Of a DNA stretch of 64,000 bases, positions 62,266-64,000 are shown one piece after another. The DNA lies in NCBI GenBank assembly GCA_963711255.1, contig CAVQDO010000019.1, forward strand, positions 83,022 to 147,021, in the 5' to 3' direction. The translations under genes were made by a program, and so were the position numbers. The stretch's first letter is position 1, and every line of letters starts with the position of its first letter. The notes under the pieces are model-generated. The model saw only the letters and a list, made by a program, of their open reading frames with translations. It ran no database searches and had not been told where the DNA came from. This stretch comes from an uncultured Gammaproteobacteria bacterium (GTDB lineage: Bacteria > Pseudomonadota > Gammaproteobacteria > SZUA-229).

Positions 62266-63831
62266 CTATTGGGCAATATACTTCTGTATGGTTGCCAGCT
62301 GACGAACAACAGGGCGCTGACTGTTTATATAGGCAGGCATATTTTCTGCTGCTGCCAGCGCCTGTCTTTGTGTCGCATAATTACCTGACAGTAATACATA
62401 ACTAACCACGCCATTTTCAACTACTTCAAAATAAGACAGGTTATCTTTAAGGTAATGATTATATCGTTGTGCAAGTTCATACATTGCCGCTTTATCACTA
62501 GCATATGATAATTGCAGGGTAAAATTTTCTGCCGGCAATGCAGCAATCCACTGCTTACCATGAATAACATTATCACTACCTATCTGGCTAAACGGCGACG
62601 ACTGGGTTAAACGTGCATCCACACTTTGAACCTGGTCCTGCATACTGATAATTTTGCCTTCAACCTGCTCGATCTTCTGCTCAATTTCCTGTTCTATCCT
62701 GGATTCCAGCGCAGCAATTGATTTATCTGTAAGCAGATCAGAATTAACCTGCTGCTGTTGCAGACTGTCAATTTTAATATCCACGATATCACTGCGTTCA
62801 GCAAAAATGGATTCATTAGTTACAAATTGATTTTGCTGAGCGAAATAAATAACGCCGGTAACAATTAATAAAAATATAAGGCCGGCTGTTACCAGTTTAA
62901 AATGCCTGCCTTCTCGACCTGCAAGAGCAGCAACATTGCTGGCAATATCCGAAGTCGCTTTTTGCAGACTGCCGAGCATCGTGCTGTGATTATTAACACT
63001 TTCTTCCAGGGCAGCAGCACGGCTTTTTAATGTTTCCACCTCATGCGTCATCACATTGGCGCTTAACTCCAGTTGCTCAATAGAAGCATCCATATGCTGA
63101 GCAGAAACGGTTAATTCAGCTGATGAAATTTCAAGTGTTGTGGCACGTCTGATAATTGCTTCATCAATTGATTGCAATTTCAGTATTTTTGCCTTATTGC
63201 TATCAACCGAACTGGCAATAGCTTCTGTCTTTTCAGTAGTGGTACTGGATAGATATTCTATTTCGGCCACAACCTTTTTTTCTATCTCCAGCATCATGTC
63301 AGTGGTTGACTGAATTTTCTGGCCAAGCATGTCACTGGTTAATTTCGATGTTTCAACCAGCTGATTCACCCTGGAAGCAACCTGCTGATTTTTTTGTGCG
63401 AATTCATGTGACTGAACAAGACTGGTTTGCTCAAGATTTTTAATGCCCGAGGCAGATTGTTCGGCAACGGTACTGACATCGCCATTTAATTTCTGTATAT
63501 CGCTGTCTATGCGGGAAGAAATGACCAGCAGGGATTTATAGGCGTTATCAATTTCGCCTAATCGCTTATAGGTTTCAGACACTTTTGCTGTCAGATCGGT
63601 ATCAGTATCACCTAAACGATCAAGCCCTTCTTCAACGCTATTATTAATAGTGCCCAGCTCCATACGCAGTTGCGCAAGATCGGTGTCCAGGTCTGTGATT
63701 TTTGAGTTAATGTCTTTGCCCGTTGTGACGATATTGTTTTCATCAAACTTTATTAAGTTTTTCGTTTCACTTTGAGCTGAATTTTTTTCGCTCTTGTCCG
63801 CTGCATCTGCCCGCTTATTATCGGTATTCAT
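62266..63831 (-). CDS. SPOR-domain coiled-coil membrane protein (DamX/FtsN-like)
   Basis: Long N-terminal coiled coil, one TM helix (LVTAGLIFLLIVTGVIYFA), C-terminal SPOR-like domain (FTLQLSYASDKAAMYELAQRY...). Confidence 0.6.
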   Translation of the reverse strand: MNTDNKRADAADKSEKNSAQSETKNLIKFDENNIVTTGKDINSKITDLDTDLAQLRMELGTINNSVEEGLDRLGDTDTDLTAKVSETYKRLGEIDNAYKSLLVISSRIDSDIQKLNGDVSTVAEQSASGIKNLEQTSLVQSHEFAQKNQQVASRVNQLVETSKLTSDMLGQKIQSTTDMMLEIEKKVVAEIEYLSSTTTEKTEAIASSVDSNKAKILKLQSIDEAIIRRATTLEISSAELTVSAQHMDASIEQLELSANVMTHEVETLKSRAAALEESVNNHSTMLGSLQKATSDIASNVAALAGREGRHFKLVTAGLIFLLIVTGVIYFAQQNQFVTNESIFAERSDIVDIKIDSLQQQQVNSDLLTDKSIAALESRIEQEIEQKIEQVEGKIISMQDQVQSVDARLTQSSPFSQIGSDNVIHGKQWIAALPAENFTLQLSYASDKAAMYELAQRYNHYLKDNLSYFEVVENGVVSYVLLSGNYATQRQALAAAENMPAYINSQRPVVRQLATIQKYIAQ

Positions 63832-64000
63832 TCTTTTTCTCTCAATTAAAGTGGTTCAATATTGAAGAAACAGGTAAACAACGATACAGCGACCCTGTTA
63901 ACTAACGGCGGATTGTATCATATTAGTAAAGCCTAATATATGCCGTAGGTCAATCAGACTTCCTTTGTGGCCAGGTACGGCCAGCTACAGGCAAGTGCAG

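Overview
This is a 64 kb chromosomal segment, most likely from a gammaproteobacterium. GC content is moderate, and the local gene order radC-coaBC-dut-algC-argB, with pyrE next to an exonuclease-III/crc-like gene, resembles Pseudomonas-type genomes. Coding density is high and the content is mostly core. It covers metabolism (FadD, CoaBC, Dut, PMM/PGM, ArgB, PyrE, Mdh, malic enzyme, HemW, GreB, L31) and transporters (a TatT-associated TRAP system, NhaA, NhaP, KefB-like, AmpG, TauE). It also carries a large sensory cluster: PhnD-like binding protein, hybrid histidine kinase, CheY-like REC, Hpt-REC-REC-GGDEF and GAF-kinase, plus a BLUF photoreceptor and an HD-GYP/BTLCP (LapG-like) module. I found no rRNA, tRNA, CRISPR array, integrase or transposase. 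The non-coding features are the most unusual part. First, the whole convergent intergenic gap between tauE/safE and pyrE (about 33478-34207) is a roughly 730 bp nested quasi-palindrome. Second, two roughly 102 bp tandem repeats with CCAGGGATGGCGG sub-motifs sit between rpmE and a thermonuclease gene, and a related palindrome lies upstream of rpmE. Third, a heptamer microsatellite overlaps the 3' end of a FecR-like gene. Fourth, there are genes whose DNA repeats give low-complexity Pro/Gly/Tyr-rich secreted proteins, one next to a frameshifted PEP-CTERM gene. All protein calls rest on motifs I read in the translations, because no database search was possible.
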